A DNA stretch of 64,000 nt from Basidiobolus meristosporus CBS 931.73 (lineage: Eukaryota; Fungi; Basidiobolomycota), in NCBI GenBank assembly GCA_002104905.1, contig MCFE01000155.1:1-64000 (forward strand). The letters run 5' to 3'. The notes beneath the pieces were generated by a model. It was not told where the DNA came from, did not search any database, and worked only from the letters and a program-made list of their open reading frames with translations. The translations under genes and the position numbers were made by a program. This document shows, piece after piece, positions 26,684-40,527 of the stretch; position 1 is the stretch's first letter; each line of letters starts with the position of its first letter.

Positions 26684-28548
26684 GGCGAAATAGTTTGTGT
26701 TGACGATTGGTTAGGTAGAGTGCAATATAAGAAATCCGGCAGATATTCCTTTAGCGTGAAGGGAGTGCAGATGTGGGTGATAACTCAGGAAGCTTTTGTA
26801 GTCACAATTGGCTCTATTTGTAAATAAGGAATTGTAAGTGATATGAGGGAAGGATTGGCGTATTAATAAACAAAGGAATAGGTACGGAGGGGGCTTAAAA
26901 GATGAAATCGAGAAACATCTGCCGACCTCTGGATCGAGCAAAACCGTTGCAATACACAACGATGAATCCTCAGGCAAAACAGGAATATTTGGAGCGCTTG
27001 CGAATTGCGTTAGCGGAAATTAGATTAAATATATATGAATCTATAGATACTCAATGAATCCATAAAAGAAGGCACTCTGGTGTGCACTTGCTTATTTCCA
27101 CCGTATTCCCCGTTGCATTCACGCCTTCCAGATCAAAATGTACCTCTGTGCATGATTAAACAGGCTGATAACTACGCTCGATTTGAATCATTCGAGCATG
27201 ATATGCTACCAATGTTGGATACCCCTTCAAAAATGGCAAGTCTCCCACTCTCCTGAAAACGAACTACAAACTTATAGATAACCTAGAGTGCACAGTCATC
27301 CAACCCACAGTCAAAACAAAATCTCCACATGGTTTGCATTCCTCTACCTAAAAGCACCCAATACGCATTGATGCAACCGTCTGGTTTGAGTGATTTGGTC
27401 GCCGCTTGCTCGTATTCAGGTTTTCCAAGCAACCGCCCGTGCTGAAATAATGAGCTCTGTTGTCTGTTCATTTCCATGTTTGTGGTAGCGAGCATGGCCT
27501 AATAATATGGGATAGCGCTAGGACTCACCGGTGTTCCAGCCATCTGCACCATGATTGAGCATCCATAGCCTCCTTTAATTTGGCCATAATACCCTCCGAG
27601 TTGCACGTTACATCGGTTATACTTGATCGTGTTGTAACAAGTCATTAGTCCGATTTGTGAGTTCGCTATTTAGCTTGCCTACCTCATATGCAATGGTGTT
27701 TATGCAGCTATTTTCTGCTAGCAAATTAGTGGGTGCCCTCCAAATATCAGGAGACCTGAATCAAACCTAATTCACAGAAACGTCGAGTAGTCCCTACCTG
27801 ATATTCCCAACCTTACTGGAATCAGATATGGTAATAGTACGGGCGATTTCATGGGGCCAGCACACCTAACCCTATCCATCCATTGGCTTGGGCTCTGATG
27901 AATGTGAGGAATCCCCCAAAGCTTATCCAATGCCAGCTAAGCTTCCTGTTGTCCCTTGGGTTTACCGCTTCCAATTAATTAATATGGCCCGAGAACATAC
28001 CCAGCAATGCCCCTCAAACGGGGACTCAGATGGCCGTCAACCTGTCTACCAAGATACTTGATTATCATAGGTCTCAAGTAGGACTCTTCACGGATTCCTG
28101 TTGCCCCGACTGGGATTGATCTGCAGCACCAAAACTGGGCTTTACTTCCTTCATCCGGCACCTTCCGTCAGCAATCCCTATACCTAGATACCTCACACCA
28201 GGGATTTGGTAGCTAGGGGATATACCTGCGCACCTGTACGGATCCGAAGCACCAAAGCGCCTCAACACACAGACTATCTATGATGTACGAGAAGTCGTCC
28301 ATGAAGCATACGTGGTCGCCATTTCTGCTCATTCTCGGAAGCATCGGCCCACCCCAGCATTGCACAATCTTTCCCACCAATCATCGGGAAAACCAGAATT
28401 GGACCATAAACCATCGAATTGATTATCATGAATCGTGCGTTGTGAAGATCTAATTCCAACCACATTGGGATTTGAGACAACGTTTTCCAATCGCTCCCCC
28501 TTTATAATTTGCCTCCGTCCTCATCAACAGAAGTAAAGGTTGACCGCG

Positions 28549-29091
<543 letters not shown>

Positions 29092-29279
29092 CATCGTATT
29101 GCCGCCCATTCAAATTCAACCATTTCAAATAAAGAATTTCCCGATTTTTATCTTGACTGGTTTTTCGCACGATCTAGTTGGAGCATTAGAAGTGGTTTAA
29201 ATGCAAATATTAACTTTAATGTTGTATAAATAAGGTGAAGCTGTATGGTGAGGGAATGGCTGGTCAAGAAATTGGGTAT

Positions 29280-30680
29280 TTAAGCAGTGTCTTTGTTGTC
29301 AACCACACGGCCATCAACGTACACCTTACGAATGTTACGGTCATCACCCACATAGATGAACTTCTCAAAGGTGGTATAGATATCATCATGACTGTAGACA
29401 TGGAAGTTCGATTCGGGGGCACTAGGGTCAATGAGGAGTGCGTCGAATTGCTTGCCAACAACAAAATTACCGATACGGTCCTCCAAGCCCATTACTTTAG
29501 CACCACCCAATGTAGCGAGGTGAAGTAACTCTGCAAGCTTGAGATGCTCATAGGCAGAACCGTCTGCGCGTTTTTCGGTGAAGCTAACAGTTTGTGACGC
29601 AATAGCGGAAGTACGGATAGCATCAAACATAGATATGGCATATCCACCAGAAACATCTGTACCCATACCAACCTTCTGGTCCTCTTCCAGAAGTTGGCGG
29701 ACGTTGCAAACACCGCTTCTAAGAGCGAAGTTCGACTTGGCACAGTGAGAAATACCGGCTTTCTTCTCTTTGATTAATTCGCGCTCTTCCTGGGTAAGAT
29801 GGACACAGTGCGCCATGATAGTTTTATCAGTAAGAAGTCCATAGTGGTCGTAAACGGCGGTGTAGCTGGGAAGTTCAGGGTGCAGGTGCTTTACCCATTC
29901 GATCTCACCCTTATTTTCACACAAGTGGGATTGAATAGGGATATCGTACTTGCGGGCAAGATCACCGAGTTGTCTCATAAGCTCGCCGGAGCATGATGGG
30001 ACAAATCTTGGTGTCAAAACGGGATAAACACGTGGGTTGGCTTTGTTCATCTCCAACATATATTTGATAAATTCCTCGGTTTTCTCCACGCTATCGTCAG
30101 TAGTCTCGATGTAATAATCAGGGGAGTTTCTATCCATGTTAACTTTACCAACGTAGGCACGTTGGCCTAATTCGTCGACAATGTTGGCAAGCACTTTGCA
30201 AGCTTCAAGGTGAATGGTACCATAGTAACAAGCGGTGGTAGTGCCGTTACGTAAAAGTTGAGAGACAACATCCCTGTATGCAACCTTAGCATACTCGACG
30301 GATTTGAAAGCAGATTCACGAGGGAAGGTGTAGGTCTCTAACCATTCCAACAATTGCAAATCCATTCCAGATCCGGTGAAGACATATTGTGGTGCGTGAA
30401 TGTGTGTATCAACAAGACCAGGCATGAGGAATTGTTTGTCACCAAGTCTGACGACATTCTCTTCGCTTAAACCGTGTTGTTGCTGCAATTCAGCAAGCTT
30501 CTCCTCGGTGGCGTCCTTGTGGGTTTCCAGGATTTTTCCGGCCTCATCGATGAAGATGATACCGTTGTTGACATACTCAAGATTCTCAAGATCAGTATTG
30601 TGGACGAATCTCCCGTAAAAAAGACGAGGTGCGGAAGCGGAGGCTTGGTTAGCGGCGAAGTCAGCTGGAGTTTGCAACAT
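29280..30680 (-). CDS. GUD1: Guanine deaminase (amidohydrolase superfamily, GUD1/GDA-like), intronless
   Basis: 466-aa ORF with PGLVDTHIHAPQY, LLEWLETYTFP, GTTTACYY, TPRFVPSC, QSHLCEN, MAHC, GTDVSGG and ATLGGA motifs typical of guanine deaminase. Confidence 0.9.
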   Translation of the reverse strand: MLQTPADFAANQASASAPRLFYGRFVHNTDLENLEYVNNGIIFIDEAGKILETHKDATEEKLAELQQQHGLSEENVVRLGDKQFLMPGLVDTHIHAPQYVFTGSGMDLQLLEWLETYTFPRESAFKSVEYAKVAYRDVVSQLLRNGTTTACYYGTIHLEACKVLANIVDELGQRAYVGKVNMDRNSPDYYIETTDDSVEKTEEFIKYMLEMNKANPRVYPVLTPRFVPSCSGELMRQLGDLARKYDIPIQSHLCENKGEIEWVKHLHPELPSYTAVYDHYGLLTDKTIMAHCVHLTQEERELIKEKKAGISHCAKSNFALRSGVCNVRQLLEEDQKVGMGTDVSGGYAISMFDAIRTSAIASQTVSFTEKRADGSAYEHLKLAELLHLATLGGAKVMGLEDRIGNFVVGKQFDALLIDPSAPESNFHVYSHDDIYTTFEKFIYVGDDRNIRKVYVDGRVVDNKDTA

Positions 30681-32883
30681 TGTGGATAGTAAGTTCGGTG
30701 TGGCCGAAACTATACCATGGTTGTTTGATAGATACTTATACCTTCTTCAAGAGAAGAGGTTGCAGTCTTCTCTTTCAATTTGACCCAATCATTTGCATAT
30801 GGGCATCTAGTCGTACTAACTCATCTCCAATAGTATGTCTCTCCAACTTTGTTGGATAGTTTATAGGAATAGAACTTTCACATCGTTATACGCATCCAAT
30901 GATCATTTCAGGTGTTGGACCCATGGATCAATGCAACCAAATGCAGCACACCCAATCAGCAACTAAGGAACAGATTCCTTAATTTCCGTTAAAACAAGCT
31001 GCTTCGAATGGCGCCCTTAGGTACCCACTTATCACCAGATATGTAACGGTGGTTACACCACGTGATGTGAAGTAAGGAGAACAATGTGGAAATAAATGGA
31101 AAAACTCCGGATATATCAAACAGATATTTACATCACCCGTCGAAACCACAAGGAATCCTGAGATTCCGAGTGGATTCGAATCAACTGTAGCCAGCCACCT
31201 TAATATGGTATTTTGAGGCAAGCTAGATAGATCTTATATATTCCAGAGTTAGGGTCTCAGAAATCATGGCAAACGCTGCGGTCCATGGTCGAAAACAATG
31301 GGCACACGAATTGGATTTTTTTGGCTCATTCACTGCTATTGAGACGTCAACTCAATTCTTTTAGAAATCAGTACCCAGTAAAATCCCTTGAGAGTATGCT
31401 ATTGGTCTCGGCCAGGATTCTGACTAATTCATGTGCTTTGCGACTCAATGATGTGAATTGCCACTCTGGAATGTATAAGCCATATCCGGCCGATCGACAG
31501 TAAACTGGCGGTGGCTGTGTGCATTCTGCTGTTGCTCACCAAGCCAGTCTAATCTCATGCAGTGCTCAGTACACGTTGGACGAATGGCATGTTGGTAGCT
31601 GTGCCGATTGGGCCAAGCAGAAAAACCTGTAGTCTATCGTTCTATCAGTATGGTGTTACGCATTCTCATATCTACTTGGCGGCTACACAAGTATTCCTGG
31701 CTAATTTAAGGGAAGTGATTTATTTGACTTTGCAAGGAGATCGTAAACTCGATCATCTGTTGATTTATACAGAGTCAGTAGATCATCTCATTCGCTCAAC
31801 CCGGTTACGTAGGAGGCTGCTGGATGCCCCTATATACCCGCTCAAACGTATTCTGGTTACCTGATACCCTGATGTGTTTCATTCCACGTTAGAGAAACAA
31901 ACATAATTTCATAATCAAACATGAGGTGGATTTAAACTTGGTAGTAACCAGGATAAGCGAACATCCCAACCTTGTTTTCAAAACATGTCGGGAAGGCTTG
32001 TTATTCCATGGGTGATATTATTATTAGTAGCTGTGATTCGGGGGCAAGGTAATTTGTATGTTTGCGGTACACTAAGAATGTTCTAATTATGTGTATACAT
32101 GACCTGTAGATACTTATAGTTTGGTATCGAGTTTCTCTGAACCACTCAGCCTCCCCACCTACTCACAGCCAAGTACTTCTACACCAGTTGATTTGTTTAC
32201 ACCGATCGTCCATTCTTATGTAGCTCCAACCTCCCACTACCACATCTCTTGGGCCCCAACGCCTACCACCTCCCATCCAAAAGGGGTAAACTTGCCGGTC
32301 CAAACCGCGGCAAACCCATTGCCCGATAAATCGCCAAAGGAGCCCGCGCCCTCATTTCATCTGTTATTTCTTAGTCTGGCGCTTTCTTTGGATTCCGTCG
32401 GAGCTTCTTAAGAAATCCTGCTAGATATCGTTGATGGTTTTAGGACGCGAACAACTCGAGAGGGACTTCGCCACGTGTAGTATACACTAGTGCGACTCCA
32501 CTTGTTCGTTGAATGGCTAATTTCACCCATATCTGTTTTGGACCATGGAGAATCCTTTCCTACCCCTAACCTCACCTATGTCTTTGGTATCTCTGATATG
32601 AGTGCCATCCTCACCGAAATCAACACTGGCTGTTTTGAATAAAAATGCTTGACTGTTCCTGAAGTCGAGTTCAAGCTGAAAGGCCTGGCTGGCTGTGGAA
32701 GTCTGACGCTTTATATGTTATATTTATATGTATGTATATCGATTATTTCGTGATCCGCATTTACTGTTATACACAAAGCTCGAGGAAATCGGGGGTAACT
32801 CGCAATCGATATGCTCATGAATGGCGGTCACTATACCATCAATAAGACATATTACCGGAGCGATAGGATATCGTAAAACCTTA

Positions 32884-35800
32884 CTACTTGCTTGTATTGA
32901 ACACCAGTCTGACCCATGCTTCTAGGATCTTGATTAGCAGTCCTTTCGTTAGATCTTTGTACTGTAGCATATTAAATAGGCGGGTTGCTCCTATCACAGC
33001 ATTGTATTCGCCCACCATCCGGAGTATAGAGTCCGGCATATTGTTCACGAAACGTACTTTGGCTTCGATCTTGGTTGATTGCTTCTCATCCTCGGTCCTG
33101 GATTTAGGCCACTCTTGTGGCCAGGTGCCATCAGGCCATAGTGTGTCCGTAACATTGTCAATCGCTTGAACAATGTTTTCTTGTGAAGTCGACTTGTCCA
33201 GGTAGTCCAAAAACGTCCGATTGATGGTTTTGCCATAAGATTGACGTAGGATTTGCTTCAAAACATTTAAGGCTTTTCGCCGTAGCCATTGTTTTCGATC
33301 GGCCATATCAAATATCTCCTCCACTAGTGCAAAAAATGTTTCAATCAGCACATCCACTTCTTCAACAGATAAATCCTTCAAGGCGATCTTCTCGGTTATG
33401 GGCTTCGGGTTGGAAGGATTTTGACTGTGGGGTGTTCTTGTGCCAAGTGTCTCATCGCCGGAATTCACAGGCTTATCAGATGAGAAGCTGGGCACATCCT
33501 TGTTAGAGGTGCTCCTCGGGCTTTCTGCGATACCAGAGTCATGGTTGCTAACCGTGTCTTTACGAGGCGGGTGAAGGTCGGCTTTGCTCGTATCAATATC
33601 AGAGGTAGCGGCTTTGGTAGCCTTGACCTCTGAATGATCTGTGTCAGAGTGGTTATTAGCCTTTGACTCATCTGTTAGGCTAGACAGCCTTGAAGACATG
33701 CTTCCGCTCTTATTGTATGAGGGCTCAGGCCTCGCAAGCCCAAGTTCATCGCTGGACGAGCTCAATTCAAGACTAGAGCTTCGAGGCTCCAGACTAGATG
33801 ATCTCCTGCTGGTTGACGATTGTACTTCAGGCTTCGATCTAATACTCTCGGCCTTCGGTGGGTCGACAAAAGGGATTTTCACCATATTTGCAGCAGATCT
33901 GAATGCTTCAATCATTCCATCCCCTCTGTCACGAGCACTTTGAGTAGCGATGACTGAATCGGGTTGTAAGAAATTTTGCAAAGGCTTGCTCTCACATAGC
34001 AGCATGTCTGAGAGCAGTAAAGACAAGTATCTTTCTAATTCAACACATAGTCTGTAGTTATTGGCCTTGGAAGTAAACCTTTGTCGACTGGGAAACTTAA
34101 TCTTGTCAACTTTAGGGAACTGCTCACGAAGAGTGGTGTGAAGATGGTGAAAGTCTGCAAAGCTGCGGGTAATCATCCAGCCACCACTAGACTTTGTCCT
34201 TTCCAGTTCTATCACATACACCAGTGATTTACCAGATGCCAGAGATTTAACAAGATTAGGGCCAAGACTTGCAGGCCTTGAAGCATCAGACACTTTTGCA
34301 ACGATCCCTTTCAAGTCGATCAATCCAACCCCAATATGCTTGTCTTCTTCCTCAGCGAAATCCCGAGCCATTTCAACAAGTTGATTCACCTGACGCTGTA
34401 GCTCGTCACGGTTGTGATGTAACGATTTGAGTTTGCCGGATTCTTTGTTGGAGGTTTGCTCAATAAGATCCTCCGTCACCACTAGCTGCTCGCGGAGGGA
34501 GGTGATCGCCGCAGTAAGGAATTTCATCCCCCCACCATCCTCAGTGGTCTCTTGGGATGAACTATCTTCCTCTATCTTGGTGAGTGGATTGTGATCAATG
34601 GCGGGTCGTCGAAAGTGAATCCTAGCGGATTGGGTAGTGGTGATGTCACTCATGGAGCGAGAGCGTTTCGAGGTCTCTTGATTAGAAAGGTGTGCATTCA
34701 GGGTGGCATCCGTATTAGCGTCGCATATCCTATCGTTACTCAGGGTGGGAAACGTTGCAACGGAGTTGCTTCTTCGAAGAGGTCGGCCCACTGGGAATTG
34801 CACTTCCGCTGTTCCGGTTAAATCAGCATTACCCAAGTCGTTGTTTTCGGTGGAGATAAAGGATTCACCGTCGCTAAGATTAGGTGTTTGATTGGACAAC
34901 TCTACACCATTGCCAGAGCTTAAGAAATCCCCATTGCTCTCAAGAGCAGAATCCTGCGAATCTTGCTCACATTCGGACAAGTGTTGGTCAAGACAGTATT
35001 TCCTAAAAAGGTCGCTATTGCGGAATTCTCGGAAGAAGGGCCATTCCATGACTTCGAATACATATGTCTGTGCTTCAACGAAGCATTCCGAGGTCACATG
35101 CTCGCCATTTATCTCCTCCCAAACCTTCCCTCGGATTGTTGGATCAATCGGAACTTTCCGTTTAGATTCATCGCTAAGATGAAGTTTGAATAGCATCTCG
35201 GCATCTTGTCTGATGAATTCGGGGCCAATTTTCTGCGATGTCTGGCTAAAGCTTTCTGCGTTCATCCAGAATTGCAAAAATGGAGGGGCCTGGATGTCAT
35301 CCATGAATTGCATAAATTCGAGAAACCCTTTGTTCTTGCGTAAAACATCGTCCAATCTCAAAGGATTTTCCTGGATTAGCTTTTCATCCACTTCGTCAGC
35401 AGTGGCACTACTCGGAATGCCATCGATGTCCGCAAGCTCGTTTACCTGTTGGTTTATAGTTTAGTTATGAGGAGCTTCGACTGGAATCGCTTGGGGAAAG
35501 TTGCTTACATCGATGATCTGGATTTCGAGTAGAATCTCGCCGCAAGAGCCCCCTTTAGCTGAAGTAGACTGAAGCGGAAACCAAGTACGAGTGTGCATCT
35601 TTGATGAGAGTTCATTGTGTGGAACGTTGACCCTTCCAATTATCGCGTCTAGATTTGTACAGCCATTGAATGCCTCTGTTAACAGATTAGTTAATTCGTA
35701 AACCTACCCTTCGGAAACATAACTCTTCCGCATAGATCGAGAGTTATCCCACTGGGCTCCTTTTCTGATGGCTCCTTCCAGGCACTATGGGTTAGAAAAG

Positions 35801-37247
35801 ATGAGTGTCTACGAGGCTAACGATAATAAAGGAGTGCCCTTGAAAGCGAGCTTACAAATGAAATGTTTCCACCCAGAGAGGACTAGATTCCGGCTTCACA
35901 AACTTCGAGCGGAGCTTCGCTTTGCCAAATGCGATTGAACAATATAGCCCTGACACAAGTATATCCCATTACTACCAGGTCAACCCTCAACAGTCCATTC
36001 ATAGAGCCACAAACCATAGGATTCCGTATTGGGTATTTGTTTGGCTTCGATCACTTGATGAACAGAGCACAGTTAGTAAGATGCAGCCACACGGCAAGGT
36101 AGTACTTGCACCTTTACCTTTAATACGAAGCACTTCATTTCCACAGGCCTTTAATCTCTCATATTCTTTACGTTGTTTGTTGGAGTTCGATGCTGTGGCA
36201 TTTCTCTTCTCTGTCTTAAGAATGGATATGATCAATTGATTAATGCGATCCGGGTCACTGAATGCCTCCAATGCTGGTTCGATAGTGCTGGTGGTCAAAA
36301 TTTCAGTCAGCAGAGCCATTAAGCAGGGGCTAGACGCATCATCTTTTGGTAAGAGATTCGTTAACAATGCCCGGGAAAGCTTCCGAAGTCGGTTAACTTG
36401 CATGTCACGACGGTACAATTGGTTAAAAGGTGACTGCGGGTTTTCGACGAGGTATTTATCCAACGATAGTGCTGAAGCCTCAAAGAAACGATACTCCCGC
36501 TTGGAAAGTGCAATTTAAAATTTGGTAAATAGGGAAGGCGTTGGCTACCAATAGAGCTCATCATAACTCTTACCACATGTACAATGGTTGTGTTGGCGAT
36601 GGCATAGATTAGTAGTAGAGACAGATCTACATTGTCCCTTCTTGCGTAAGAGGAGAAATTCGAAGCCGCCGTACTTAATGAGTTCCTAACGTTGCTCTCG
36701 AATTCCATATTCCCTGAGATGTTGAGAGGGTCAAACCAGTAATGGACGAAATCGCGTACTATGTAATCAAATAGTCGCTTCAACGAGGAGTCTATCTGCG
36801 GTGAGATGGCTAGCTGAGAAGGGGGCACTAGCTTTTCTAAGTATAAGTATTTCTCGACACAAGCACTGGTGGCGTATATGACGGCTGCCTCCTACTTACC
36901 TTCTCTTCTACTTCTGCACTGTTCGAGCAGAAAATGTCAAACTTGGATAGCAACGGGCTGCTCAAAATCGCATTGGATGGAATTGCATAAAGATAGCCAA
37001 AGACAAAACCTCCGAACAAAGTAAAGATAGATAGTTTGACTCTACTTGCTATTAAAAAAAGGAATAGAAGTGCCAAAAGGGTTATCTGGGTTTGGCTAAG
37101 GGTAGCCAACTGGGAGGGCAACCATGAACGAGGCAATATGGAAGACTCTCGGCGGGTATTTGCAACGCAGCGGGTATTTGCAACCACGTCCTTCGTTTCT
37201 CCTCTATTTTCAGCCAATTCAAACTGGCTTCCTTTAAATTTTTTCAT
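32884..37247 (-). CDS. Mdm1/SNX13-14-25-like sorting nexin: TM, PXA, (C2), RGS, PX, Nexin_C; multi-exon
   Basis: N-terminal hydrophobic segment; PXA (IDSSLKRLFDYIVRDFVHYWF); RGS (LDDVL...FMQFMD...FLQFWMNAESF); PX (GGWMITRSFADFHHLHTTL...LERYL); Nexin_C (LVEEIFD...WLRRKAL...LWPDG). Confidence 0.88.
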
Positions 37248-39084
37248 TATCCTTCCCCTTTTAAGATGAGAAGTCGATGGTAAGGTGAGGTAGGTAAGTA
37301 CAAGTATTCGAGTATTTAAGTGGGGCCACGAAGAAAGGGGTAAGAACTGATGGGATTGAAGTATATGTTGTCACCAAGCCAATTCAGTTAAGATTCAAGA
37401 TCAAGATGAGCTAGGTAACCTCAAGTGACTACCAAGCATGACCAGAAATTAACACGTCAAGGGTAGTGCAACTATGGTTTAAAATAGCCACATGTGCTGC
37501 ACACTCCAATCTATGGATTGGTAACCTCTTACTTTCAACAAATAGCCTGATGATATATTAGATTATCATTGTCATTTCTTCTACATACAGATATTTTCCA
37601 TCCGCATGATTTGTTCTTGACGATTCCAAATCCCACCTTCATGGCTCAATATTATCCTGCGATACAGCCCCTTGCCAGGTTTAAGGATCTTCAGCCGGTA
37701 GGTCGGAGATACATGCGGGCGTGGTAGGTAGGAACTGTCTGTGATGTATGAGCATATTAGGCCATGGAAACACAGACAGCCTCGGTGAATTGTGGAAGGC
37801 CGATATTGCTAACATAGCATGTACGATTGTTGATGCGAGCTATAGCCATCCTGATATGAAATGGGATGCAATCCAACTATATTTCACGCCAGATTCTGCA
37901 GGTGGAGCCGACAAAAACGTACCCACATAGAGGCTGGTAGGTTGCTGTTCCTGAGGGGCGCTACTATATGCATGAAGGCACGAATCTGGATGAATATCAC
38001 TCATTAGCTAATGCGACCTGCATTATGATTTTTGTCATGTTCCCCTCCATATTAGTCCACGTCTAATATACATCACAACAGCAATAGTCCATAACGGTCG
38101 GTGTTCAAGCCATCTCCTGATATAGAAGGCAACCACTGCCTTGCAAAAGGGTCGATGGAGAATACTAGAATTCCTGTACGTACCCTAGCTCAACGACTCT
38201 GAGCGGTGTCATATGTAGTGACAAGCAAAGCTATGCCGGGTGCTTCTGAGTAGATGGAGGTTAACTTGAACCTGGGCGCTATTCTGATTTCATACCTTGA
38301 CTTTGTAACACAATATTTACAGCTGTTCAAGAGCACTTTCTCACGTACTAGGCTCTATTCCTTCGTTAATTTCCTGTTACCACTTTTGGGATATTGAGAG
38401 TGAATGGTTTGACAGTACGATTACTGTATGATATGCGTAGGGAGGACGCGGTCTTGATTGGATGTTTCAACCGAAACGATTAGCTTTACCAAGATTTGTT
38501 TGATCTCTGTCACACAAGTTGTCAAATCTGATGCTGCTCTCATCCTATCATGATATGAAAGCTATTGGCGGTTTTAAGCTGTGCGAATTGCTCATCTATT
38601 AATATCTTGATCCTACCGCACAAATGGCACCTGTACCTCCTACTAGGTGTGATTGCCTTCAGTAGTCCATGAGACCAGGGATGCTGATATCTAAAATACT
38701 CTTGATGATGCCTGCAGACCATATAGTAATTAACTCACAAATTAGTTGAATTCTAGTGCTCGAAGTTGCCAAAATACTTCACTGGATTTTACCTGAAAAT
38801 ATGCGATTCCAATTGTTCTTTTATCATCAAGTCAAACTAGCTCAGTATCTCAACGGAAGCAGTGCCAAACTTGTTGCTAGTGTGGAAAGTTATACCAGAA
38901 TTGATTTCAATAACTAAGTGTTAAAAGTAAATGTCCTGAAGTCTGCTGAAACTATTTTGTATGACACCTAAATTATTCAGCATCCTGAATTTCCATCTGT
39001 CAATTGATAGTTTATGAATGGTTGACCCAAGATTACTTTGTAAGATATCAGCCAGCTCACTGTATTGCAATACCATTATATATA

Positions 39085-40030
39085 TGTTGTAGAATTTGTA
39101 ATTCCACCTAAATATTCACCTAACTTAGTCACTTGGATCATTACCTTCAAATCTTAGAGAATATTGACCAAATTCCTTGTTGTGATTTACTTGGAATATT
39201 TTCACCAAATCATCAGGTACCCAGAACATGAAATCTTGATAAGTTGTCCAAACAGTCCCAGAATTTGCACACATGTTCTTGGAGCCTTTATCAGCATATT
39301 CTAGGTGCTTGCTTTGCCAAAACCATGTAAAAGTATTTGCAATACTTTTACATTTAATATGTTATTTTGTGAAAACCAAATAGTCTACTTTCTCTCCTAA
39401 TCAGTCCCAATTTCTCTGAAACTCTTCCAGCAGGTTGCAAGCCCCAGGCTGTCACACTCTGAAATGTCTACTACTCCTAACACTGCAATATTTCTCTCTG
39501 CTAAAAAGTTGGTTGGGCCAAAATACCAAGTCTGTAAGGTGAAGATTAAGATGCTTCTGTTGTAAATATTTGTAATTCCACCTAAAGATTCACCCAGCTT
39601 AGTTGCTTGTAGCATTACCTTGAAATCCTAGAGAATAGTGACCAAATTCCTTGTTGGGATTTACTTAGAGTATTTTCACCAAAATATCAGGTACCCAGAA
39701 CATGAAAATTAGATAGGTTGCCCAAACAACCCCAAACTTTGCATGCATGTTTTTAGGACCTTCCTAAGCCTATTCTATGTGTTTGTTATGCCAGGACCAT
39801 GTAAATTTTAAACACTACTTTCACACTTGATACATCATTGAGTGAAAACCATATAATCCACTTGTTCTCCCAATCACTTCAATATCTCCAAGACTCTTAC
39901 AACAGCTTCTACATGGGAGAGACCTTTGTGGTATGGCTATGGGAGAAGAATACCCTCCCAAAGGTGTAGGTAAAGAAGCCTCAAAGTACCAGCAGAAAAA
40001 ACAAAGTGCCTTTAACTGCACTTGCCTAAT
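39085..40030 (+). mobile_element. Old copia-family fragment in plus orientation: 5' LTR (39085-39432), degenerate PBS and start of gag, interrupted by a solo LTR
   Basis: Reverse complement of the family LTR, then GGTTGCAAGCCCC (decayed PBS) and gag-like ATGTCTACTACT...AAGATGCTTC, continuing after the solo LTR to GCCTTTAACTGC. Confidence 0.8.
39558..39904 (+). mobile_element. Solo LTR of the copia family with 5-bp TSD GCTTC
   Basis: TGTTGT...ACAACA ends. GCTTC at 39553-39557 and 39905-39909. Splits a gag fragment. Confidence 0.85.
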
Positions 40031-40527
40031 TCTATGAAAAACAAGTTGGCCCCATGAGTTGATCCAGTCCTGTTCAACCATCAGGATCCTGCAATGAGGC
40101 TATAATAATGCCAGCCACTTGGAATCATTTACCCTCAACATAATCTTATGGCAGGATTGTAATGGTATTTTGCTGGCTTTACTGCCAAATAGTGTAATAA
40201 GCATGACAGTGTTTTAACAGCTTATTGCCCAGACTTTCATGGCATCTTGATGGTCTTAATATGGTCTTCATTTATTTGACCAGACATTACCAACCAATAT
40301 ATTCAATTGCCTATATGGAAAGAAAATTGATGGTGTTTTGAAGGCCTTACCACAGACCTCTGTTGGCATTATAAAGGCAGTACAGTAGCCTACAGTAGTC
40401 CTATACAATGCTACTGTACCAATTCACCAAATGGTAATTCCTTTTTCTATCTCCCCTTGCACCAATCATATATTCCACTGTAGAACCAACCCTCTTTGCT
40501 TGCTTACCACCACTACCATGGATATTC
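39958..40527 (+). repeat. ~570-bp direct repeat, copy 1 (gag fragment plus unrelated decayed repeat)
   Basis: Aligns by eye end to end with 50252-50819 (CCAAAGGTGTAGG...CCATGGATATTC), with scattered substitutions. Confidence 0.9.
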
